In this document: positions 47,437 through 56,742 of the stretch, in pieces
Numbering within the stretch: position 1 is the first letter of the stretch
How the letters are laid out: every line of letters starts with the position of its first letter
Assembly (NCBI GenBank): GCA_965644315.1
Contig: CBFFRQ010000080.1
Coordinates: forward strand, 1 to 64,000
Origin: Caecitellus pseudoparvulus
Lineage: Eukaryota > Protista > Bigyra: Bicosoecida
Reading direction: 5' to 3'
Length of the DNA stretch: 64,000 bases
The notes under the pieces: model-generated
What the model saw: the letters and a program-made list of their open reading frames with translations, nothing else
Database searches by the model: none
What the model was told of the DNA's origin: nothing
Made by a program: the position numbers and the translations under genes

Positions 47437-47757
47437 GCCGCGACCGCTTCGAGCACTGCTTGCCTCACACCATGCGCCGTGGGGAGTGCGTCCTGCCAAA
47501 CTACTCTTGCGGGCGAGGTCTGCAAGTCTCAAGATGCACGCAATCGTCGGAAGGTGCCACATTTATACGTTTTTTTGTTTTGCATTGCACGCTGGGCTGG
47601 CGAACGGGGATCGAAGTGCAGGCACGAGAGTGGCGGTGTCCTCGCCACGACGCGACCACTTTTGGCGTGCTACAGTCGCCTGCAGGGCGCCTCGCTCCCT
47701 GCAACAGTTCTCTTCCATTGTTTCTTGTTCATTCCTGTGCCCCCTCACGACTTGGCC

Positions 47758-48483
47758 ATGCAGGGGCACTCCACAACGCAGCGCAAGCTGCCGTGGGAGG
47801 TGGCAGCTGAAACGGCACCGAAACGCAAGGGCCCAGCCAAGCGGAAAGCAACCCGCCCGAAGAAGGCCAAGCCAATTGAAAGCCCAGAAGACGATGTCAG
47901 TTCAGACTCCATGGCACAGCCGGTTCCCTTGCGACGAGGCCGCAAGCGTGGCCGAAACACTGCGCCACAAATTGTTTCGCAAGATATGCAAGCTCTGTCG
48001 CCAGACTCTAGCCCTGCCAAGGCCGCAGGCACTGCCAGCAGCGACAGGCCGACCAGTGATGAGGAGGAGTGGACACCTTCCCCAGGACCAGTGGCCCCCG
48101 TGGCGAAACGCACTCGGCCGCGCCGCAGAGCCACCGAGGGAGTAACCCGCTCCCCCCTTGCAAGCCCCAAGCGCGTGGCACCCGCAGCCATTCCTGAGCT
48201 GCTGGGGCTGAGCAGTGACGAGGATAGTGCACCTGGTAGTGGGCTTGTGCAGGCGCCAGCCCCATCCACGGCCCCACACGCGCCGCAGGCTCCGCCCTTG
48301 CCAGCCGACGAAGCTGGGCACGCGGCTCCTTCCCTAGCAGCGGGAGCTGATGCCTCACCTCCATTGCACACTGCCTGCCCTGTCCCAGCGCAGGCACCCG
48401 TGGATGCCAAGGGTAGTGTGCCGAGCGGCGGGTCCAGTGGAGCAGCTCCACCCAGTCTCGCAGCCATGCTGGGCCTGAGATAG
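47758..48483 (+). CDS. Disordered, probably nuclear protein (241 aa)
   Basis: NLS-like PKRKGPAKRKATRPKK and RRGRKRGR, many SP/TP sites; stop followed by AATGCA. Confidence 0.6.
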   Translation: MQGHSTTQRKLPWEVAAETAPKRKGPAKRKATRPKKAKPIESPEDDVSSDSMAQPVPLRRGRKRGRNTAPQIVSQDMQALSPDSSPAKAAGTASSDRPTSDEEEWTPSPGPVAPVAKRTRPRRRATEGVTRSPLASPKRVAPAAIPELLGLSSDEDSAPGSGLVQAPAPSTAPHAPQAPPLPADEAGHAAPSLAAGADASPPLHTACPVPAQAPVDAKGSVPSGGSSGAAPPSLAAMLGLR

Positions 48484-48484
48484 C

Positions 48485-48490
48485 AATGCA
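48485..48490 (+). terminator. AATGCA 1 nt after the TAG stop
   Basis: TAG c AATGCA. Confidence 0.6.
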
Positions 48491-48653
48491 AGGAACAGGG
48501 TGGACAAATCCTCAGCACCAACCGAAACTGTGGGACATTGAGATTCCCCTCAGCCCAACAGCACCCAACGCTGTCCCGCCCTGCTGCGAAGAAGGCGGTG
48601 TAGGGTTTCGCCTGCGTTTCGTGACCAGCCCGCCCAGCGCTGAACGCTTGCCA

Positions 48654-49067
48654 ATGGCTGACCAGGGCCCGGGCGCCGCCTCCACTGGTGGTCAACCGCC
48701 CCACGCAGCCTCCCAGCTGTCCCGCCGCGAGGAAGACATGGCTGCGCTGGCGAAACCCGCAAACGACCGCATCTTCACAGCGTATCACACGCCCAAGGCA
48801 GCCATGGAGCGCGAGGTTGCATGGGCCAGCGTGTCGCAGTGGCGGTGCATGCCGCGGCTGCAGGACTTCGCCGCGGCCACTCTGCAGTGGTACAGCCTGG
48901 CCGAGAAACGCAAGCGTGCTGCGTTGCTCCTGGCCTGCGCACGGTCCGCGCCGGGCGAGGAGCCACTCCTGCCCTACCTCACCGACCCACGGCAAACGCG
49001 CATCACGGCGTACAGCGAGGAGGAGGCGGCTGCGCCGGCGCCGGGCGGGGGGGCGCGGCAGGGATGA
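48654..49067 (+). CDS. Hypothetical protein (137 aa)
   Basis: MADQGPG start preferred over 48486 (see rejected list); helical region DRIFTAYHTPKAAMEREV is weakly PEHE-like. Confidence 0.5.
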   Translation: MADQGPGAASTGGQPPHAASQLSRREEDMAALAKPANDRIFTAYHTPKAAMEREVAWASVSQWRCMPRLQDFAAATLQWYSLAEKRKRAALLLACARSAPGEEPLLPYLTDPRQTRITAYSEEEAAAPAPGGGARQG

Positions 49068-49074
49068 ATGCATT
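49067..49074. terminator. AATGCATT palindrome overlapping both stop codons of a convergent pair (TGA-ATGCA-TTA)
   Basis: + TGA at 49065-49067 and - TAA at 49073-49075; the 5-nt spacer is the core of the motif. Confidence 0.7.
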
Positions 49075-51604
49075 ACACCGCAGCCGTGGCGCTGGCAGCC
49101 ATGATGGCCTGCTCCGCCAGCCGTGCGAGCGTGTCGTCCAGGTCCGCCTGTGGGCTGAGGCGGGCGCCACCGGCACCCCGCCCAGCCTCCTCACTGAGGC
49201 AGCGGAAAGCCTCCACCGCCGCCCACACGCGCTCGTCGTCCCCCGTCACCAGCCCCGTCAACGCAGCAGACTGCGCGTCCGACAGTGTCCCGCTGCGCAC
49301 CTGCGCCGTGATGTGCTGCAGCAACCACTCCCGCACCGACACGCGATCAGGCGGGGCCTCACCCACACCCGCCGCGCCTGAACCCAGGTCGGAGGTGGCT
49401 GACAAACTCCGCATGGCCTCCGTGATCATGGCGGGTGCCAGGTCGTCGGCGATGCCCGCCAGGGTGGAGATGACTTGCTGCTCACAGGAGCCCTCCTCGC
49501 CCACTTGCGCCAGTGCGCTGCGGATTTTGGCCTGCGCAGCCTGCTCCTCCTGTGTGCTGGCGGAGGCCATGAGGCCCAGCAGCGTGCTTGTCTGCTGCGC
49601 CGTCAGACTGCCCATGCCCTGCAAACCTCGCAAGACCTGGGCGATGTGGTCTGGCGTGGAGCTGGCCTCCTGGCGGTCGCGCGCGACCAGCATGAGCAGT
49701 GACTCCTCCAAGTCCCGCAGCCCGCCCCCTGCCAGGGCCGCACGCCACGCCCCCCGCACAGTGGGGTGCCCCTCCGCCCACATGCGGCGAAGGGTGGTGA
49801 CGCCAGACCCCCTCAGGCGCCCAGACTCGTGCAGAGCCGACACCAGCTCCGAATGCTGTGCCGCCACCGTCTCCTCGTCGAAGGGCACTTCCTCCAGAGC
49901 CCGGCGCAGGGACCCCGCCGCCACGGGGCGCTGGGGCTCGTCCACGCCGCCAGAGGAGGGCGGCAGCACATCACCCGCGGCGGCATCCCCGCCCTCATCC
50001 TCCTCCTCCTCCTCCTCGCCGCCGGACGTGGGTCCATCCTGCGGCATCAGCTCCGCCACTTGCACCGAGGCACGCTGGGCCGCCGCCTCCGCGCGCACAA
50101 AGGCAGCCAGATCAGCCTGCAGCGCGCCCTCATCCTCGCTGGCCTCGAAGGCTGAGCAAAGCTGGCCCAGCAGGGGGTCCTGCCGGGCGGCTGCGGCGCG
50201 CAGCAGGGGGGCGGCATCCCCAGGCAAATGCGCAGCATGTGCTTGGATGATGGCGTGCACGGCTCGAGCAGGGAAGGCCGCCTCGCCTGTCCGGATGCGG
50301 TGGGCTGCGTCGGGGGGTGCGGGCACGGGGACGGAGGCGGCGGTGGAGGCGGTGGAGAGGAGGGTGGAGGACCCCCCCTCGACACCCCTGCCCACCCCCT
50401 CCCAGGGCGCAGGGGCACCCCCGGCACTGGGCGCCGACCCCACCACGCCAGGTGGCGTGCGCAGGTTGGAGAACCAGGCTGCGCCAGAGGCGTCCCCCTC
50501 CTGAGGGGGGTGGGCGCCCGTGTCCCCTGCCCCCCCCCGGAGCCAGTCCTCCTCCTCCCCCCTGTCCGAGGATGCAGGGGACTGCCGTTGCGTCCAGTCC
50601 AGGCCAGAGTGCGCGGTGGGTGGGCTGCTGTGCGGCGCGTGGTGGTGTGGGGCCACCCCGCCTCGCCCCCACTGCGCTTCAGCCAGCCGCTGCAACACCT
50701 GTCGGAAGTCGCCCTCTGCGCTGGCCTTGTGCGACTTGAGGTCGGCCACTGCCCGCGCGTGGTGGGTGGCAGGCAGGCTGTCCAGCTCCTCCAGCAGGCG
50801 TGTCTCCGCATCGTTCACGCGCTGCAGCAGCAGGCGCCAGGCGGCGAAGATGCCGGCGTGGTTCGCTGCGACCAGCGCGCGACCAGCGTCGAAGACGGCG
50901 TCGTCCAGGTCGCCCCGACCGTGCAGGCGGGAGAGGAACCGAGACAGCGACGCCGCCTCGCCACCACCCACCACCATGTGAGAAGATGCGGAGGGCGGGG
51001 TGCCTGCCGCGGGGGGGGCGGCGGACACCCCACCCCAGGCCCCCCCCGACGGGTACCGGATACCAGGCGAGTCCCGGCGCAGGGCGGCAGCAGTGGGGAC
51101 GGCGCCGGGGCCAGGAGGGGGTGGCGCGCCCTTCAGGGGGGGGACACCGCCCCCCCCGGCTGAGCCTGTGGGAGACATGCCCGGCGGCGGAGGGGGGGTC
51201 CCCGGCAGGGATGAGGGGGGCACAGGCACCCAGTACCCGGGGGGGGCTGCCGTGCTCGGGCGGCCGTGCCCCACCACCACGTCATCCCAGGCGGACCCCG
51301 TGACGGCGGGCACGCCCACCCCGCCAAGGGAGCCCGTGCGCCGCGCCACGTGCACCAGGGACGCCAGGCGCAGGGCCAGTGACTTGCTGGAGCGGTCCAT
51401 GAGCGTGGCCCGGTAGGCGTTGACGACGCCCTTGTCCCCCGCCTGCACCATGTGGCAGAGGGCTTGCAGCTCGCCCTGGCTCAAGATGCGCAGGGCCGCC
51501 ACCTCTGCGTAGCCCACGAGGGGACAGCGCATGGCTGCGAGGTGCTGCACCACCTGCGCCACGGCAGGGTGCAGCTGCACAGGGAACAACGCATTGGTGG
51601 CCAT
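49073..51604 (-). CDS. Protein with about six copies of an uncharacterised ~50-aa helical repeat
   Basis: Recurrent L..L...G.L......L..L....(D/H)..V..A.........L...L units separated by Pro/Gly linkers. Confidence 0.7.
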   Translation of the reverse strand: MATNALFPVQLHPAVAQVVQHLAAMRCPLVGYAEVAALRILSQGELQALCHMVQAGDKGVVNAYRATLMDRSSKSLALRLASLVHVARRTGSLGGVGVPAVTGSAWDDVVVGHGRPSTAAPPGYWVPVPPSSLPGTPPPPPGMSPTGSAGGGGVPPLKGAPPPPGPGAVPTAAALRRDSPGIRYPSGGAWGGVSAAPPAAGTPPSASSHMVVGGGEAASLSRFLSRLHGRGDLDDAVFDAGRALVAANHAGIFAAWRLLLQRVNDAETRLLEELDSLPATHHARAVADLKSHKASAEGDFRQVLQRLAEAQWGRGGVAPHHHAPHSSPPTAHSGLDWTQRQSPASSDRGEEEDWLRGGAGDTGAHPPQEGDASGAAWFSNLRTPPGVVGSAPSAGGAPAPWEGVGRGVEGGSSTLLSTASTAASVPVPAPPDAAHRIRTGEAAFPARAVHAIIQAHAAHLPGDAAPLLRAAAARQDPLLGQLCSAFEASEDEGALQADLAAFVRAEAAAQRASVQVAELMPQDGPTSGGEEEEEEDEGGDAAAGDVLPPSSGGVDEPQRPVAAGSLRRALEEVPFDEETVAAQHSELVSALHESGRLRGSGVTTLRRMWAEGHPTVRGAWRAALAGGGLRDLEESLLMLVARDRQEASSTPDHIAQVLRGLQGMGSLTAQQTSTLLGLMASASTQEEQAAQAKIRSALAQVGEEGSCEQQVISTLAGIADDLAPAMITEAMRSLSATSDLGSGAAGVGEAPPDRVSVREWLLQHITAQVRSGTLSDAQSAALTGLVTGDDERVWAAVEAFRCLSEEAGRGAGGARLSPQADLDDTLARLAEQAIMAASATAAV

Positions 51605-52164
51605 GGCGGGGAGGGTGGCTGTTGGAGTGCTCTGCTCTGTGGTGGGTGCAGGTGAGGGCGCGTGTGGCCTTTGCGAACGGCGCTGCTGCGAGTCCCGGGG
51701 CCGTGCACAGGAGTGCGGAAGTAGGCGTGCCCACAACGGCAGACCGAGCGGTGACATGCAAGGCTTGCAGACGCATGCAAGCACCGCATCCAGACACAAT
51801 GCACGCACCTCGGTCACTGCCCGCACTGCCTGCTCCGTGCACTCCCGGAGTGCACAGCTGAACTGCCTGTGATGCTTGCTGCAACTGCCTGCGCTTCGCA
51901 GAAGGCGAGCACTGGCGCTGGCTTCACCCTCACACGGCACCGGTGGCTCAGCGTGAGCAGCATGCCTTGCATTGCAACCCAGGACTGGGCTCAGATGTGG
52001 AGCGGAGGAATTGTGCCCCGTTCACGCCACCTCACTGGCGCACGGTCACCAGCCTGCCCCGAGGTCAGCGACCCATACCTCTTGCCCTGCACAGGCGCCA
52101 GGGCTGCAGGCTCTCCTGCACACAACGCAGAGCGGGCACATGAGTCCAGCACCTCCACCTCTCC

Positions 52165-52809
52165 TCAGAGCCCTGCCTCCTCTTGCTCAGCGGCGAGCTT
52201 CTCAGCACTTGCACGTGCAGCGCGGTACTGCTGCTTGAGCTTGTCCAGCTCCTCCTGTTCCGCTGACAGGGACTTGGCCGTGCGGGCCTTCTCCTTGTGG
52301 TAGAACAGCACACTCAAGTACCGCCCCAGGACGTTGAAGCCTGTGCACGCAGGGGTGGGTGGCGCAGTGCCGCTGGCTGGGTCGCCTCCCGCGGCCGCCG
52401 CCGGCCCTGCTCACCCGTCAACTTGGCCTGGGCTGTCGCAGCGTCATTAATGTCTTCATACACGACGAATGCCGTCCCACGGGTCTTCGGGTTGCCTGCT
52501 TGGCCCCTGCGCAGCGCAAAGGTGGCGAGGCGTCTGCGGAAATCGATGCACGCCAGCACCACTGCAGTAGCACACACAGCCTGATCTGCCTCACGGCGCC
52601 GAACTTCCCGAAAATGTCATACATCTCCTCCGATGTGATCTTGTACGGCAAGTTCCTGTGGGCCAAAGGCGCGTCCATGATGCACCAGGGCCGGCGGACG
52701 CGAGAGCACGCCTCCCCAAAACGCACCTGATGTACAGAATGCGGTTCACATGCGCAGGGAGTCGGGAGGGGCGCGACGGCGAGGCGCCCACGAGCGGTGT
52801 CGCCGCCAT
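52165..52809 (-). CDS. SF3B6: U2 snRNP branch-site protein p14
   Basis: Four exons: [71 protein letters not shown]. Confidence 0.96.
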
Positions 52810-53236
52810 GTCGCCCCCGTCGCCGTCCGAATGCCCCTCGTCGGGAAACGCGGAAATCGAACTCCACCAAGCACACGCGCGGCGCACGGCAGGCACGCCT
52901 CAGGCAAGCTAAGCACAAAGTGCCCTGATCTTCGAGCGGGGACATTTCCTCTCCCTGGTTCACCGGTGCTTTGTTTTAATCCAAAGGCCTAAACAGCCCG
53001 GGAGCGCTTCCCGAAAGCTGTCGGTCGCGGGGGAGGCATCCTCACTTTCGGGCTGTGCCCTGCCGCACGCCCACCCCCCCCCCCCGCCACAAGGATGAGC
53101 AGCGCTCAGCAAACGCCACCAAACACTTTCACTTCTCATTACCACCCCTCTTTCACGCATTCCAGTGCGCCCGTGGCGTCGTCCCGGCCTCTTGCGTGCC
53201 CTCAATCTCCGCCAGCGCACCACCCGCACATCCACC

Positions 53237-55728
53237 ATGGGCGCTGTTCCCTCCGTTCCTGATGTCCCCGTGGAGGACCTGAAGGAGTGCGCCAAGTCTG
53301 TTTTCGAGGTCTTTGTGTGCGTGCAGCGCCGCCTGCTGCTACAGTGGCACCGTGACAGCCCGCCACTTGCGGCTGCCTGAGCTCCCATGCCTGCCACGCC
53401 TCCTGCGCAGGCCCATCTACACGAAGCAGTTTGGCGTCGCCCTGCTGGCCCAGATGCGCCAGGAGGAGGAGCTACGCACCAATGAGACGGACTGGCCTTG
53501 GTTGCGGGTGCCCCCCACCCCCACCGAGCCGCTGGGCACCATGACTGCTGAGAAGCTGGTGCGTGAATTGCAACCTGCAGCGCGGGCTGTGCAGGGTGAC
53601 CCACGCGCGAGGCGGGACTCCCTGCTTGCCGCTGCCCCCTCCCCGTGTGCCTTGCCTGGTGCTCTTGTGTGGCTGGCAGCGCTGCCCTAGGCGCGTTTCC
53701 CCGAGGAAACGAGTGATTCCGCGTGCCCATGTTGGCGGCCCCTATTTCCGCACGCTGCCTTCTTGAACTGTTCCTGCTCCGCTCCGTTGTGCAGGGTGCC
53801 GTGCGTGAGAACTGGAAAAAGCGCACCTTCGTCTTCATGAACGAAGCCGATCAGTTCGAAGTCCGGTGTGAGTGCGCCAGTCCGCGCGGGTGGTCAATGA
53901 CTCCGCCCAGAGTCAATGCGCACCATGGCAGGCTTGCCCTCCACCTCCGCCCTCCCCGCCCTTCTCACGCGCAGACTATGACAGCCCAGAGGTCGACGTG
54001 ACGGACGAGAAGGCCCCCAAGCCCAAGGGTGCCATGAAGCTGCGCGGCTACCGCGTGCACACCGTCAAGTCCGACGTTGCCAAGGAGCAGTACGGTTCGG
54101 AGTTCGCGTTGAACGTGAAGCCCTACTGGTCCTCCGACCGCCGCCGCATCTGGAGCCTGCGCTTCGAGGACGAGGAGTCCATGAAGAAGGCAGAGGGCCA
54201 GCTGCGCGAGGCCATCTCCAACGCCCCCATGCCCCTGAACCCCGACCCCGTCATGCGCGCGGCGTTCAAGGCGGCCTACCAGCAGACCCGCTGGAGCCTG
54301 GGCGTGTGGGGCTGGTTCTCCTACTACAAGACGGAGGAGGACATGCTGGCTAACATGATCGTGGACAAGGCTGAAGACGAGATCATGCCCCCCGTGTACG
54401 CCAAGATCCCCTCCGGCGGCGCCGAGACCATCGTGCGCCGGCAGGTGGTCAAGCTGCTGGACGGCACCATTGGCACCGCCACGGCCGCCCTGTGGAAGGG
54501 CGCCTGCGAGGGCATCAAGTCTGCCAAGCCCAAGATCGAGGCAGCCGCCAAGGAGAACGTCGGCCCCGTCATCAAGCTGCAGATGCAGATGCGCGCGAAG
54601 ATCTCAGAGGCCATCAACTCCATCGTCACGCCCGTCATCGCCGACATCACCAAGCCCATCTTCGGCCCCCTCGTGGACGCCATGGGGCACCCCCTCGCCA
54701 AGGCCTACGCCGCCGCCATCAAGGCCGTCTCGGAGCGCGTCCTGGAGGTCGCCGCCGATGCCGACGCCACCACCAAGCTGGAGCGCCTGCAGCGCCAGCT
54801 GCACTGGTACTCCGGCCCTCTCCGCCCCGCCTTCGACTGCGTGCGGGAGCTGACGCGCCCTGAGGACAACGCCGGCCCCGGCCGTGCTGGGCAGCTCATG
54901 GCCGGCCTCATCGAGCTGGTGGTGGCGCTGAACCCTGCCATGACCCTGTGGCACCTGGAGTGGCGCCTGGAGCGCGAGATCCGCGACCTCGCCATCCGCA
55001 TGGTGTTCAGCTACACCTCCCTCGTCGCCGAGGGCAAGGCTGCCGGCGCCGAGACCATGGACCTCGTCGCCGCCATGGCCGTGCACGACGCCACCAACGG
55101 CGGCGCCACCGTCCTCAACAACATCCTCTTCGAGACAGTGGCGCCCAAGATGGACCAGGAGCTGCGCCCCCTCATCGCGGGCCCCGTGGCCCCCATCAAG
55201 GACCTCATCGTGCCCCCCCTGGACATGCTCGTGGACCTGGACGACATGCTCAACAACGTCCTGTACGACATGATCAACGGCATCGTCGACGGCATCGTCT
55301 CGCCTGCCGTCGACGGCGAGGCCTTCGCCTGCCTCCGGGAGATGTCCAAGCCTGGCGTGCAGGTGCCCGCCGCCCTCATCGCCCAGGCACGCGAGGTGTT
55401 CATCGCCATGAACATGGACCGTGACATCCCCTCCCCCGCTGAGGCCGCCAAGCTCGCAGAGGAGCACGCTGGGGAAGCGCCCGCTATCGCTGCCGCGGCA
55501 GCCGCTGGTGGTGGCGGCGGCGCAGCTGCCCCCGCCCCTGCTGCTGCTGCCGCCGGTGCTGGCAGCGAGAAGGTTGAGGCCACTGCCCCTGCGCCTGGCG
55601 TGGAGAAGGAGGAGACGCAGACGGCGCCAGAGACGGCAGCGGCCCCTGCCGAGGCCGCGCCTGCCCCTGCCCCCGAAGCGCCCAAGACCCCTGCCGAGGA
55701 GGACACGCCGGAAACCAGTGAAGAGTAA
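53237..55728 (+). CDS. Niban/FAM129-like protein (myristoylation-type N-terminus, PH domain, helical bundle)
   Basis: MGAVPS start; three 5' introns; PH KLGAVRENWKKRTFV..VRYYD..KPKGAMKLRGYRV..WSLRFEDEE; AFKAAYQQTRWSLGVWGW..EEDMLA. Extreme C-ending codon bias suggests high expression. Confidence 0.75.
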
Positions 55729-55838
55729 GCTCGACCGCGGCGGGGGGGAGCCCCTTGACCCGGGCCAGGTCCGCTGTTGCTCACGAACAGCCCCTGCCAG
55801 AAATGAATGGTGATACGTCGGTACATGTGTGTGTTGTG

Positions 55839-55844
55839 TGCATT
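55839..55844 (-). terminator. AATGCA 25 nt downstream of the BAF stop
   Basis: Minus strand ctAATGCAc. Confidence 0.55.
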
Positions 55845-55869
55845 AGGCCGCGGCGCAGAGGCTGCCCCC

Positions 55870-56477
55870 CTACTCGTCAAAAGTAGACAGGTCCACCATG
55901 CCTGGCATGAGCACGTACACCTTCTCCACGATCAGGCGTGTGATGGAGTTCTTGTACGCGGAGGCCACACCGCACTCGCCCAGCCAGTCATAGAAGGCGT
56001 TCTGTGCACAAGCACAAGACAGGGTGTGGAGTGGTGACGCGGCAGCCTGGCAAAGAACCAGCGGTACGCACGCAGTTGTCCTGTGTGTCTGCTGCGTCGT
56101 CGTACAGGGTCAGGAACTTGCCCACAAGGTTGAAAGTGTTCTTGACACCTGCCGCCTGCAGGTTCTGCACTGACTTGGGGCCGATGCCGGGCACAGAGGA
56201 CAGCTGCGTGAAGGGGGGGGAGCTGGCGTTGGCACGGCAAACGGCACCAGAGCGCGTGCGTGAGACAGCGCCGTGCGCTTGACTATGGACCTCACCTCAG
56301 CCTCCAAGTCTGCATCGATGAACTCGCGGATGGTGGCCTGAGAGATGTTGGACTGCGGGCACAAAACGAGCGCGGCGTGGCCCAAGGCAAGCACTTGGCA
56401 GAGGCGTGCGGAAATCGGGGCAACAACAGCACACGCACCAGAGCCTTGCCCCAGTCGAAGGTGGACTTTCCCGCCAT
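55870..56477 (-). CDS. BAF: Barrier-to-autointegration factor-like protein (protist type)
   Basis: Four exons give about 119 aa: REFIDADL..LSSVPGIGPKSVQNLQAAGV..FNLVGKFLTL..FYDWLGECGV (helix-hairpin-helix BAF signature). Confidence 0.85.
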
Positions 56478-56742
56478 TGCACTGCAAAAGGGAGTGATAG
56501 TGCCCTGTTGCTGACCGCTGCAGGTGTGATGCTGCGACGCCTCTCTCCGCAGGCGAGGCACACAAGTCGGCAACGCAACTCACAAACCGCGTTGGGATTC
56601 TTGGCGCTGTGCAGGGCCTACAGAGGCAGAGAGGCAGGGGCGGACAATTCAAACTGGAAAGAGGGGGATGCTTGAAAGTTTGTGATCGTGCGAAAATTGC
56701 CATGCAGGGGTAAATGCCGAGGCACGCAAGTGCTGGCCAGCC

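Noticed and set aside
48486-48653. ORF-track start at 48486, or read-through fusion with the gene ending at 48483
   Set aside because: That ATG is part of the AATGCA motif directly after the upstream stop and is in a different frame from the upstream gene; 48654 is a better start.
7502-55844. Blastocystis-style stop codons created by polyadenylation
   Set aside because: Every modelled gene has a genomically encoded stop.
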